Positions 12,291 to 24,730 of a DNA stretch of 64,000 bases are shown in pieces. The notes below the pieces were generated by a model that ran no database searches, was not told the origin of the DNA, and saw only the letters and a list, made by a program, of their open reading frames with translations. This stretch comes from Eledone cirrhosa. Lineage: Eukaryota. Each line of letters begins with the position of its first letter. Positions within the stretch are counted from its first letter, which is position 1. The DNA is taken from assembly GCA_964016885.1 (NCBI GenBank), contig OZ024741.1, forward strand, positions 171,678,001-171,742,000. The letters are read 5' to 3'. Made by a program: the position numbers and the translations under genes.

Positions 12291-13467
12291 ATTACACCAT
12301 TATTATAAACAGCACAGTTTTTGTCTATTATTAATATAGAATCCAACCCCCAAACCACCACACTGCAGTTGCCCTACTCTATGGAAACACAACAACGTTT
12401 GTTGTTACAAACTGAGATTTATAAAATAATTTTTTTAACATCAATTTTATATTTTTTTGTTTTCCCTCACCTTGTTTCCCTCTCTCCCATTCCCTATCTC
12501 CTTCTTCTTTTCCAATCTTCATTCTCACTCTCTCATGTTCTCCTACCCTTTTCATATTTTCTATGTTTATTAAACACACACACACACACATATATATTTA
12601 TATATATATATATATATATTATTTCCACAATTCTGCAGGTGGTAGTTTTATTTGTTATGTTTTCAATAAATGCTTCAGATGATCTGCTGGAGGTTAACAG
12701 AAACATTGCTGTTATTTAATTAAATCTTTATACTTTGGTCCCTTTATTCTTCTGAATCTTATCTTTATTGCGTGCATTGACTGCACAAGTAAGTGAAACT
12801 CTCTGTGTGCCTTGTTTAAGCACAGGTAGTGTTATGTATTGGTTTTGTTCTCTGTTACATTGAAAATTTTTCTTTAACACCTCTTTTATTGAATTTAGTC
12901 ACTGGACAGTGGCCATGCTGAGAAATGACCTTCATAGATTTTTATTTTTTTTTTTAATTTTGACTGTGTCCTTTAGCTTGTTTATCATTCTCATAAGATA
13001 TGCAATGCACAGTGGACATTGGTGTAAGGGGAGATAACTCAATTGAATCATAGTTAATGTTTAGGTTTTCCCCATATACTGATATATATCATACACCTAT
13101 ACACACACACACACATATATATTTAGAGTTTATTCAGGCTTATCTCTTAACCTGTTACATAGAAGTTTCCCAAATGCTTAGCTAGTTTCTAAATTTAGTC
13201 AATTGCCTATATCTAACCATCTTTGACAAAGTTCAGGAACTAGCTACACACTGAGGAAAACCAGACAAGACAAGCAGGCTAGTGGATCAGCCCTAATAAA
13301 CTGGTAATTTCTACTATAGCATTAAGTACTCCTTCTCTTGTTCACCAGTTCCAATATACTAATGTATGTACATGTGTATGTATGCATGTACATGTGTGTG
13401 TATGTATGTATGCATGTATGTATGTACATGTGTGTGTATGTATGTATGCATGTATGTATGTACATGT

Positions 13468-15837
13468 GTTATCTCTTTCTCTTAATTTCGAGTATATTTT
13501 TTTGACCGGCCACCTTCCTGGTGGCAAGGTTGTAAAAGAAAAGAAATTGTCATCCCTTGAATCGCAAGAATGTTTTTCAAATTTTGAAGGTGCCAGCCAT
13601 CACAGCCATTTGTAGACTATAAATTAGGGAGCTCCGCTTTTTGTCCGCAAATCCAAGTTCAGTCATACTTTGGTCCAAGCCGGTTGGTATATAACCCGTA
13701 GCTCCAATAATGATGGGTATGAAGCTAAAGGTGTATCTTGGATACTGGATTTGTAAACTCCTCATCAATGGTCCGTAGATGTCCTCCTTCTCCTGTATTT
13801 TTCTGACGTTTACATCAAGTGGGCAGCTGATCTCCACAACAGAACACGTTTTCAATGTGTGGTCCCAAACAACAATATCAGGCCAGTTGTGCTTTAATTT
13901 GGTGGCAGTTTTTATTTTCAGGTTCCACCAGTATTCCTTAGTGCCATCTGTCTCAATATATTCTTCCTCGTTTGTTGTTAATTTTGTTTTCCGAAGTGCG
14001 TTCCAGATGGTTCTAGCTATCTCATCGTGTCTCATGGGGAGGTAGTAGCGAGATGACATTCTTTCGCAGTTGGCAACAATGTGGCTTACATCCTCGATCT
14101 TTGTTTTACATAGCCTACATTTATAGTCTGCTGCTGGCCCTCCCCTTTTGTGCAGCAGATATTTGGTAGGGAGTTCTTGTTCCTGTATTGCATAGAGATA
14201 TCCCTCAAGGTGTGATGTCATAAACTTGTCGGAACTCCATGCCAGGATTTTTTAGTGGTTTATCCCCTCTATGGTCTGTGTTTTACGTCTCAAGTATCCA
14301 TGCACAACTTTTTCTGTAAATTGGTCAATTTTTTCTTCTTGTTTGAACATTGAATAGGATCTTCCGATTTCTCTGTGTGAGAGATTTATATCAGGCTTTA
14401 TTCCATATCTCTCCTCCAGATCAGTCGCTATTCTAATGATATTTTTTTTCCATGCTTATAAACCTGGGCAAGATGGTTGCCAACCTTTTTCCTCTGTTGA
14501 AGGTGTTGCTTCAGTGTTACTATCCGGGTCTCATATGTTGTTAATATGGATTTTAGACCCCGGCCACCTTCCTTGTCTGAGAAGTTTGCGAGTTCTAACA
14601 TCCATCTCACTTAGTTCTTGCAATGACCAGTTCAGCAGGCTAAATGTTGGCGTTAGAATTAGCACAGCATAAGTATTGTGGGCAATGTATTTGTTGTACA
14701 CTGACAGTTCTGATGACCATATTTTCTTTACTCTTCTGAGATATTCAGTTCTGGTTCTCTCCTTATTAAGGAGTCGATCATATCTGACATTCTCATCCTG
14801 TCCAAGATATCTGTAGTTGTCACCTGACTGTAGAGGTTGTATTGTCAGGCCCTTTATCTCTAAATTTCTAGAGGAGGGCACAGCTCTTCCACGTTTTACT
14901 GCCAAATATGCACACTTGGACTCACCAAATTTCATTTTGATGTCTGTTGAAAATTGTGTAATGAGGTCCAATTGTTTCTTGATGTCATTGATATTTGGCC
15001 CATACAACTTCAGGTCATCAACAAAGAAAAGATGGAAGATACTTCTGGACCCACTTCTTTGTCCACCTTGTTTCCTGAGTAGGTAAGATAGTGGATTTAG
15101 TGAGAGAACGAAGAGTAGCACTGACAAGCTATCACCCTGAAAGATGCCCTTCTGGTAATGTATCTTATCAGTCTTAACTTGCTCCTTCTCACCTCTCAGG
15201 ATCAAATTGGTGTACCAGGTCTTGGTCAGGCGTTCAACAGCAGCTACCAATGGTTGTGGGACTTTAGCTAACTGTAAAGCCTTAACAATCTACCCATGAG
15301 GTACACTATCAAATGCTTTTTGATAGTCCAGCCCCACCACAGTCATGTTTCTGCAATTCTTTGTTGTTTTTTCCTGAATCATTTTATTAGTTAGTAGGTG
15401 ATCTATGCAACCCCACACCTCCCTCTTTCCACCAGCTTGCTCAGGTGTTATGATGTTGTTGGTAGCACAGTGATCCTGTAAGAACAGGTTAAGGCACCCA
15501 GTATATAATTTATACATGATGTTTTGGCAGGCTATTGGGCAGTAATTTGGCTATGTTTGTGAATGAGGAGAGTAGTGGCAGTTGATAACCATCTGGGCAG
15601 TTCTTGTGTGCCTTTAATGGTTTCTGTAAACAGCCATATGAGATCTTGCTGATAGAAAGTGAAATTCTTCAACCAGTATCCTGTAATGAGGTCTGGGCCT
15701 GGTGATTTCCTATTCGACATTTTCTGTAGAGCTGTTTCCAGTATTGACCCATCTATGTCATATTGTTTTGTCTGGACATGTTGGCAGTAGTCCTGTTCCA
15801 GTTCTTTTAGCCAATCAGTTTGTCTGTTGAATGTGTC
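13468..15837 (-). mobile_element. 5'-truncated R4/Dong-like non-LTR retrotransposon (RT, CCHC knuckle, restriction-like endonuclease), pseudogenised
   Basis: KSPGPD, LDYQKAFDSVPH, GIFQGDSLS, FVDDLK, CRLC..SHIVANC, RHD, PDIVVWD..VEISCP across frameshifted ORFs; flanked by (TATG)n. Confidence 0.9.
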
Positions 15838-17731
15838 TGTATGTATGCATGTATGTATGTATGAAAAATATCTTCATGCACAGGCATTGCATGATAGAAT
15901 TAATTAATAATTATTAATAATGGTATTTCGTGCAATGGTCATACTCAATAACAAAGGGGCAGCCATCATCATGTATGTACATAAATATAAATATATACAG
16001 AGAAATTTGTGCCTGACTGCTGAGCTCATGCTGTTTCCACAGTTCATAGATAACAAAAATCCATTCACTATTGAAATAACATGAGTAAATAAAATGAGCT
16101 CAGCTATCTTTTCTAGATTTTCACTATATATATATACACTCTACTATCCCAAGTATCAAGTACTTAGCTGAACATGATCTTACTAGTCCAAACAAGTAAT
16201 TCCCAATCTCTCTCTCTCTCTGAGTGTGTGTCTGTGTGTGGGTGTGTTTATGTGTGTAAAAGGCTTTGACAGAATTACTCTCTACCAAATTTCATCTCAT
16301 AGTTTTCTTTACTAGTTTATAGGGTAATTAGTTCAGATTTTGGTTAACTTTTAATTTTCATTTTTTAGATGGGCACCAAAATATGGTGCCAGGATCATAA
16401 TCATCATCATTTAATATCCATTTTCCATACTTGCATGGGTCAGATGGATTGTCCTATTTGAGGCAAGTCAAGGTTAGATGACCATGACTTGCTTATACAG
16501 AAATGATTTGGGCTTGGTTTGGTTTCTACAGCTGGATGCCCTTCCTAATGCCACCACATTAACAGTGAGTACTGGGTGTTTATTGTCGTGACATGACATC
16601 TACATGACCACTTAATAGTGAGAGCTGAGTACTTTTTGTCATGACTCCTACATGACCATTTTATAGTGTGGGCTGGGGGCTTTGGTGGCAAGTATGTGTG
16701 GGGATTAGGGATTATCTGCATTGAGAGACAAGTCTAGCCAAGATTGGCCATGCCATACATTGCTCTGATGGGACTGTAAATTTGGCCGGGATGTTACAGC
16801 TGGATGCCCTTCCTAATGTCAACCACCTTTATAGTTTGTGCTGTGTGCTTTTTGTTGTGACTCCAGAAGCTACTAATTATTAATATTAATTTAAGTTTAA
16901 GGCGGTGGATTGGCAGTATTGGTAGATGGTCGGACGCCATGCTTTCCAGCATAGTTACGTCCCTTTACGATCTGAGTTCAAATCCCGCCAAGGTTGACTT
17001 TGCCTTTCATCCTTACGGGGTCAATAAAATAAAGTACCAGTTATGAACTGCGTAATTGCTGGCCTTGTGCCTAAAGTAGAAACAAATATTAATTTAAGTT
17101 CTATTGTTGTACAATTTAGTTTGCAATTCTAATTTACTTGTTAAATTTAATGTTCAAATTCTTCAGTTGAATAGTGAATGTTAACGTGCATTAGGCAATA
17201 TTTTCTGGATTCTAGTGATGGATGGAATTTATGATTATGAATATCATCACATTTTGAATTAATTTGTTTAAGTTAAGTGCTAATTCTGAATTTAATGGTT
17301 AATTTTAATGTTGTTCTCTTTACTAATTTATGGGTGATTAGTTTAGGATTTGGTGAATTTTAGTATAAAATTTTTTATTTTCTTGATGGATAATTAGTTG
17401 ATTGAATCCATTTTGTGTGAGTTGCATAAGCGACAGCCATTGTGTATGATGGTTATATTTATTAGTCTGCTAGTCAATATGATTAAGTGTGCTACAGAGT
17501 ATATGGTGCCAATTTATCTGGTAGCTGCAATTCAACAAAAAACAGATATTAAAAGCAATTTCAATATGACATATTTCATCATATTAGTATCAGTTGAGTG
17601 AGTTAGTTTTAATTTTAACTTTATTATTACTAAGGTGTTATAATTTTAGTATATATTTATTTATTACTTAGCTATAAATTTCAGTGTTTTAATGTTAAAC
17701 ATTATGATGTTTTGTATTAGTTTATTCTACA

Positions 17732-18599
17732 CTAGCTGCAATACCCAGTAATACCTAGGAAAGGTGGGGTTATTCGCAGTTCGCAGAGTGCGCCTGAAAA
17801 TGCTAGCGACCCTGGGTGCCCATACTGGATTTTCAATAGCAACCTTTGCTAGGTGTGTTTATGACAGATCAATATTTCTGTGTGGAACTATCAATAGCTG
17901 TTTAAGTCATAAATCCTTCTTCCATCCAGCTTTCTTCATTCAGAGTGAATAAGCCAGGGAAGTTTGAGCTCGAAGAGTATCAAACTTATTCAACTAACTT
18001 ATGTATAAGAATACCAAACTTACTGCCTTAGTGCTCAAGAACAAACACAGAACAATTGAGGAAGTAATCGCAATTATTGAAGAAATTATAACCGAGTAAA
18101 CATATTCAGGTACTGTTCAAGCACCGTGTATATCATCTTTTATAAAGCCCTTTGAATAACTGAAGCAATTCAATGAAACCATCCCGTTTTCCCCCTATAG
18201 TAGACATAGTCCGAGGAAACACACCATAATAAGTCGGATAAACAATCAGAAGTGTTGGCCCTAAAGAGGGCCTTGTAACATTCGCTATTACAAAGTGTCA
18301 ATAATGTGGGAGAACTTACATTTTCTCAATTTGTGTTAATCTTCCCACGATCCAACACCTCGAAATATCAACAAAATAAACTCTACTCTCAAAGACGGCC
18401 TGTTACAATTAAAATGCCGGGAGTACGAATATTCGTCAACATACAATTTGGGTTTTATTCTTCTGACTAAGCTCATGGTAAGCTAACTTCTTGGTCATTG
18501 ATCATCACATTTTTTTGTAACTTATCACCGATTCCTGCAGTTGACCTTAATGTAACCTAAGCACATGCATGTGTTCAGAATCCATATCAGTGGATGTGA
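17732..18599 (-). mobile_element. Decayed Helitron-derived element
   Basis: Minus-strand 3' end cctaggtattactggg hairpin then gCTAG|t; heavily decayed helicase-like remnants possibly inside; right boundary uncertain. Confidence 0.45.
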
Positions 18600-18606
18600 T
18601 ATATAT

Positions 18607-20488
18607 CATCATCATCATCAACGTTTAACATCCGTGTTCCACGCTTGCATGGGTTTGGACGGGGGTTATCCCACTTGAGGCAAGAGTGATTGTCTTGCTC
18701 GCATAGGACTGTCTGGCAGGTTTTCTACAGTTGGATGCCCTTCCTAACACCAACCACATTTACAGTGTGGGTCTGGGAGGTTTTTACCGTGTTGCCTACA
18801 CGGCCACATTACAGCGTGGACTGTGTGTTTTTTTGTTGTGACACCTACACGATCTCATTTGTTTCGGCCTGGATGGTGTGGCACCAACATAACTTTACAT
18901 AGAAGGGGGCGGTGTGGATGGGGTGGGACGGGGGTGTATTTTGTTAGAGATGCCTACTGATTGTAGTAGGTTTTACTATGTATTTAGGTAAGGCGGGTCT
19001 TCTCTATTACTGAGTACCGCTAAAGGTCTCGGTCCAGTGACATTGTCTTGGAGAGGTGTAAGTGTGTGAGGTCGGAGTTTATCAGCTCGTCCTAGGTTTT
19101 TCTAGGTCTGCCTATTCCGTGGCTACCGTCTATCTTTATTGCCCTGCACTTTGTTATACAGCTATCGACTTTCATGCGCATCACGTGTCCATACCAACGT
19201 AGCCTTCTCTCGAGTAAACAACATCTGATCCCTCATATTTCTAATTTTTTCCTTAGTTCGTTTATGCTTTGCCGTTCATGTATATTACTATTACACATCC
19301 AGCGGAGCATGCAAGCTTCGTTCCTCTCTAGTCTGCGTATATCCTCTGCACTCAGTGCCCATGTCTCACTGCCATGCAACATTGCTGTTCGTATGCAGGC
19401 ATCATACAACCTGCCTTTCATTTTTAGGGAGAACCCTTTAGCGGCTTAGTGGTATAAGCTCTCTGAACTTTTTCCATCCAGTTCGGACTCTAGCTACTGT
19501 ACTTTCAGAGCACCCTCCCCCACTGCTGATTTTGTCACCCATGTAACGGAAGCTGTCCACTACTTCTATAGAGCCCTCTGCGCAGTTGAAAGAGCTAGTA
19601 TTTTGTGGGCACTTGCTGCTACTTATTGCACCAGAGCACCGGCCACATGTGAAATCTATGTTCTTAGTTAGCTTACCTGTGATCCCACTACATCTTTTAT
19701 GCACCCATACTTTGCATTTCTGACACAAAATGGAGTTTCTATCTACGCCTTTCCTACACACTGAGCATGGCCACTTCCCGGAAGGGACCGCCGCCTTATT
19801 TTCTTTCCTACAAACTAGAACTTTGGTCTTAGCCAGGTTAATTTTAAGGCCTTTTGATTCTAGGCCGTGCTTCCATGTTTGGAATTTCTTCTCTAGCTCG
19901 GCCATTGATTCAGCTATGAGTGTTAGGTCGTCTGCGTATAGGAGTTCCCATGGGCAGCCGGTCTTGAACTCCTCTGTTATAGCCTGAAGGGCAATAATAA
20001 ATAGTAGGGGGCTGAGAACAGAGCCCTGATGGACGCCAACTTTTACGCTAAACTCTTCACTATATTCGTTGTTAATTCTAACCTTGCTGACTGTTTCTTT
20101 ATACATGGCTTGTATAGCTCTCACAAGCCATTCGTCAACACCTAGTTTTCTAAGAGCCCACCAGATAATGGAACGGGGAACTCTGTCGAAGGCTTTCTCC
20201 AAGTCGACAAAAGCTAAGTATAGGGGTTTACTTTTAGCTAGGTACTTCTCCTGTAGTTGTCGTACAATGAAAAGAGCATCTGTGGTACTTTTGCCTGACA
20301 CAAACCCGAACTGCATTTCATCTAGGTCAATTCTCTCTCTGATTAGTTGCGCTATTACTTTTTCCGTGACCTTCATGACCTGGTTGATTAATTTAATGCC
20401 TCTATAGTTACTCCTATCTAGGGCATCTCCTTTACCCTTATAACAGTTAACGATGATGCTGCTATGCCAGTCCTTTGGAACAACCCCA
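18607..20488 (-). mobile_element. 5'-truncated RTE-clade LINE with RT, Cys-rich PHD-like insert, 3' UTR and (TGA)n tail
   Basis: QFGF..STTDA, FVDLEKAFDRV, GVHQGSVLSP, YADD, CSVC..CQKC..HKRC..CGRC, HGSETW; truncated at (TA)n. Confidence 0.92.
19438..20376 (-). CDS. RTE reverse transcriptase ORF fragment (312 aa)
   Basis: Uninterrupted RT core with YADD; frameshift near 19440 to the C-terminal piece at 19233-19421. Confidence 0.85.
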   Translation of the reverse strand: MKVTEKVIAQLIRERIDLDEMQFGFVSGKSTTDALFIVRQLQEKYLAKSKPLYLAFVDLEKAFDRVPRSIIWWALRKLGVDEWLVRAIQAMYKETVSKVRINNEYSEEFSVKVGVHQGSVLSPLLFIIALQAITEEFKTGCPWELLYADDLTLIAESMAELEKKFQTWKHGLESKGLKINLAKTKVLVCRKENKAAVPSGKWPCSVCRKGVDRNSILCQKCKVWVHKRCSGITGKLTKNIDFTCGRCSGAISSSKCPQNTSSFNCAEGSIEVVDSFRYMGDKISSGGGCSESTVARVRTGWKKFRELIPLSR

Positions 20489-21929
20489 TATATATATATA
20501 TATACAGAGAGATCTGTTCAGGCGTCAACCAAAATTAGATTGTCGTCTGCATTGTTTGAAATTTTTTAATGGTATATTTCTAATAAGTTGTTGCCTCGTT
20601 TTGGAAGACTGAGTTGTGGGAGGAGGAAGTGGAGTAGTGGGAGGGAGGGAGGGTTTAATATACAGTAGTAGTATCTCCTCTTCCTCCTCTCTCACTGAAA
20701 CGTCTTCTTTTTCTTCCTCTATTGTTAAGATGTCCCAGAGGTTCCATTATTGAATATAAATATTATATATATATATATCATTTTCATTTTTCATTTCATT
20801 TTACGTCCGCTTTTCCCTGCTTGCAAGGGTGGGACGGGAACTGATTCTGGCTTGATTTCTACAGCTGGATGCCCTTCCTAACACCAACCTCATTTATAGT
20901 GAGTGCTGGGTGCTTTTTTACCGTGGCACCTCCATGACCACTTTGCAGTGGAATGATAGGGACCCCAGTCCCTATCATCTCATTTCTACAGCTGAGTAAA
21001 CTGGAGCAATGTGAAATAAAGTGTCTTGCTCAAGGAAACAACACATCACCCGGTCCGAGAATTGAATTCACAACCTTTCGATTGCAAGGCCAATGCTCTA
21101 ACCACTAAGCCATGTGCCTCCATGTGCCTCCATATATGTATATATATATATTTGTACATACATCGCACCTTTTCCCACAAAGATATTATGTGAAAAACCA
21201 GTATACTACTTATCTACTGGTGCATCTTAAATGTGTGTGTATATGATATCTATTTATACATATACTGAGACATACACACACAATCACACAAAGAAAAGCT
21301 CTTAATTGATAAGAAATTAATTTTTCCTCCTCAGGTAATATCTCCAGACATCCATGATAAAACAGTTCTCTGATACCATAGAAATAAACAGATAAGACTA
21401 TGTAATGATTTTCTTTATTTGGTTTTGTCATAAAACAGCTTGTTAATATCAGAAACTAGACTCATGGGAAATGTAAGGAGTAGGAGGGAAAAGAGAGAAG
21501 AGATGATAGCATTTTAAAGTGAAATCATAAGATTAAAAAAAGCAAGTTAAAACAATATCATTGACAGAGAAGGGTTGAAAAAGTGAGTAGGATCAACGAT
21601 TGAGGAAATTGCGTATAGAGCTTTAAATGTTATAGAATGGAATATACAGATGTTATTGACACAAGCAACAGAAGAAGAAATAAATAACTAAGTATTCATG
21701 TTTCTGTGAGAAGCACACACCATCAGACAAGATGTTTTAGAATTCATCTCTCTTTGGGCCTCATTTATGAAATATATTATTTGAGCTCTGAATATATTGC
21801 TTTTAATTCTCCTTCCATAAACTGCTGTAATATATAAAACAAATAATATAAAAATTATGGACATTATGGAGAAAAGAGTGGAAAAGATTTGCCATAGTCT
21901 TGTCATGTGCGCTATACTCTCTCGGGTGC

Positions 21930-22330
21930 TGGTGAACAATCAGAGTTAATGTAAGATGAAGAGAATTCTTTAGTCTTGCCAGGAACAAGACAATCACTGT
22001 AGTGTTGGTGAATGGACGAACAGAGTTAATGCAAGGTAGAAAAAATTCCTTAGTTTTGCCAGGAACAAAACAATCACTCTAGAGTTGGCAAACAGAGATG
22101 ATATGTTAGAGAGAAATTGTTAGTCTTGACAGTTCTGGTGGATGAATGAACAAAAATAATGTAAACTAGAGAGAATTATTTAGTGTAGCTGTGAGAAAGA
22201 TGACCTCTCTAATGCTGGTGCAACGATAAAATACATCCAGCAATATCTGTAAAATAATTGACAAAAGAATGGAGATAATGTAGAATAGAGAGGACTCTTT
22301 AGTTTTACTGGGACAAGACAATTTCTATTA
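21930..22330. repeat. Degenerate minisatellite, about 80-bp unit, about 5 copies
   Basis: Recurring cagagttaatg..agagaattctttagtcttgccaggaacaagacaatcact. Confidence 0.7.
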
Positions 22331-22925
22331 TGATAATGCTATGATAAAGTATACTTGGTATACTTTTTAAAATGGTTGGCAATAAGAAATGGACACAATG
22401 GACACAATGATAGCAATTATGCTAAAAACTTTCTACAAGTGAGATGGGGACTGTAAACAATTTTGGAGGAAAGTAACTCTAAATAAAAACTGATTTAGAT
22501 GGTAAATGACCCATCCAAAGCATGATGGCATGGAAGTATTCACTCAGACACAAGCATTCAGACCATGGCTCTGGTATAAGGAAACATTCCTTCCTCTTTT
22601 GCATGAGTCTTGACCCCCCCCCCCCCCCCCCCGACTAATCAGAAGAAAAATAATATGACATTATAGATTTGTAGATCATACATTGTCATCCAGCCAACTA
22701 CCTGGATTTCATATGTTTATTTAGTCGGGGGTTAACTTGGGGCTAAATAAAAACAAAAATAATAAATAAATACATGATAACCACCACCACTATCTAATCT
22801 GCCTTATCAATTTTTAAGATATTAATGTTGTCTAGAATACACTGAGGCTCACAAAACAAAATGGGGTAGTATCAAACGGAACAAAGTATATCCACTAGGG
22901 TTGTCATTTTCTAAAATTATATATG

Positions 22926-22961
<36 letters not shown>

Positions 22962-23002
22962 TATAATATATAAGATCAAAAGATGGTTAAAAGAGTTCCA
23001 TG

Positions 23003-23073
23003 TATTTTATTATGCGCATTTCAAAAACAAATATCATCATGCAATAACATTTGTGTTTTCATCAGATAAAATA
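23003..23073 (-). ncRNA. Type I hammerhead ribozyme motif
   Basis: Minus: tattttat CTGATGA [16-bp stem II, 1 mismatch] GAAA tgcgca TA^ ataaaata; palindromic stem III. Confidence 0.85.
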
Positions 23074-23199
23074 GGAAGACATGATATGAAGGTTAAAAAA
23101 CACTTGTGGATAGTGCAGTTTTAAATCAACATATGAAAAGTAGTTTTAGATTGATGTGTGTGATATTGGGAAAAAAAAATTTCTGCAAACCAAATACAA

Positions 23200-23768
23200 T
23201 GTCAAACAAAACTTCGCTAAATGTTCTTAATCCCATTCTAAATCAAGAAACTATTACTCCTATCGCAAATAACTTCTCCAATCCAATTCCTTCTATAGAT
23301 AACACTAGGTCACTCGTTAATAATCTCTCTAATCGCAATTGTAATTGCCCTGTTAAAAATAAATGTCCTCTCAACAACCATTGTCTTGATAAAAACTTAA
23401 TCTACGAATGTAAAGTTATAACTGATACCAATTCCTTCACCTATTTTGGCTCCACTTCCACCTCCTTTAAAGCTCGTCTTTATAATCATCATTCGTCTTT
23501 TAAATACCAACTTAAAAGAACCAACACGGCTCTCTCAGAACTCATATGGTCCTTGAAAGACAAAAATATTAAATATAACATCTCTTGGAAAAAGGTTTCT
23601 TCTGCTTCTTTATACTTGAACAGTTCTCTATCCAAGACTTGCAATCTCTGTCTAAATGAAAAATTTACCATTATATCTAATTTAGATCCTATAATAAATA
23701 GACGCACTGACTTGTTTTCTCTCTGCTTGCATAAATTCAACAGAACATTCCATAAAGTATACAGCTAA
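23200..23768 (+). CDS. Penelope-like GIY-YIG endonuclease C-terminal ORF fragment
   Basis: Stop-free reading frame with GIY-YIG-type and Cys/His motifs; N-terminal 30 aa of the tracked ORF come from the inverted pLTR. Confidence 0.8.
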
Positions 23769-24046
23769 TATCCAATACTTTATCAATTTAGAATCCTTTT
23801 CTCAAAGGCACATATATATATATATACTTCTTTAAAAATATACCCATCTTTCTACCTTATTTCAAAGTTATTTATTATACATTATATAATACTTGTTACT
23901 CATTTTATATCACTCCTATTTAGCATTTCCCTTTCTTCCTTTTCCTTTCTTTTTCTCTTAATTTCTAACCCCTAATCTGTATCTTTTCTCACTGTGCCTA
24001 ACATAGAAACAATTATTACACAATACAATATATTCTTACTTTATAT

Positions 24047-24091
<45 letters not shown>

Positions 24092-24356
24092 AGTTCTACA
24101 ACAAATTAACAAACCATACTCAAGGACACGTGTTTCACCCAAGTGAGTGCTCTACTTGCTCGAGATATAATCTCCCGGTTTTTTTTACCACACACTATAT
24201 ACATAAATGCACATATGGTATGCACTAAAAGTGTTTGAGTTAGAGATGTGGCTTTAGAATAATGTAACTGGCTGAGTATTCCAAAGTTATATGTACCTTT
24301 ACAGTAATATATATTTTTACTTACTTAATAACATTACCAATCAACATTATATTAAG

Positions 24357-24730
24357 GAGGTATTGGCAGTATCGGTAGAGAGTTGGACGCCATGCTTTGA
24401 TGCACAGAGTTACGGCCCTTGCCATTCTGAGTTTGAATCCCGCCGAGGTTAACTTTGCCTTCCATCCTTACGGGGTCGATAAAATAAAGTACCAGTAATA
24501 CACTGGGTAATTGCTGGCCTTGTGCCAAAAAGTAGAAACAATTATATTGAGGTGAATTTGCAGTATCGGTAGAGGGTTGGACGCCATGCTTTGCAGCATA
24601 GAGTTACGGCCCTTTACGGTCTGATTTCAAATCCCGCCAAGGTCAACTTGCCTTTCATCCTTGCGGGGTCGATAAAATAAAGCACCAGTAATGCACTGGG
24701 ATAATTGCTGGCCTTGTGCCAAAAGTAGAT
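24357..24730 (+). mobile_element. Tandem pair of SINE family 2
   Basis: Two consecutive full units, second starting near 24549. Confidence 0.85.

Larger units (their letters stand above)
22965..23812 (+). mobile_element. 5'-truncated Penelope-like element: inverted pseudo-LTR plus GIY-YIG endonuclease region
   Basis: CNCPVKNKCPLNNHC linker, LIYEC..TYFGST, FKARLYNH, TALSELIW, CNLCLNEK, INRRTDL..CLH; hammerhead in the inverted 5' segment; (TA)n both sides. Confidence 0.88.

Noticed and set aside
21290-21830. Possible minus-strand host exons (QFMEGELKAIYSELK*, RTVLSWMSGDIT*)
   Set aside because: Plausible acceptors but no recognisable protein and no consistent phase chain
21930-22330. CRISPR-like periodicity
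   Set aside because: Whole units are homologous with no unique spacers; eukaryotic minisatellite
23106-23768. Selenoprotein-type Penelope (in-frame UGA plus SECIS)
   Set aside because: Conserved Cys positions are ordinary Cys codons in both PLE fragments where intact, and I saw no SECIS
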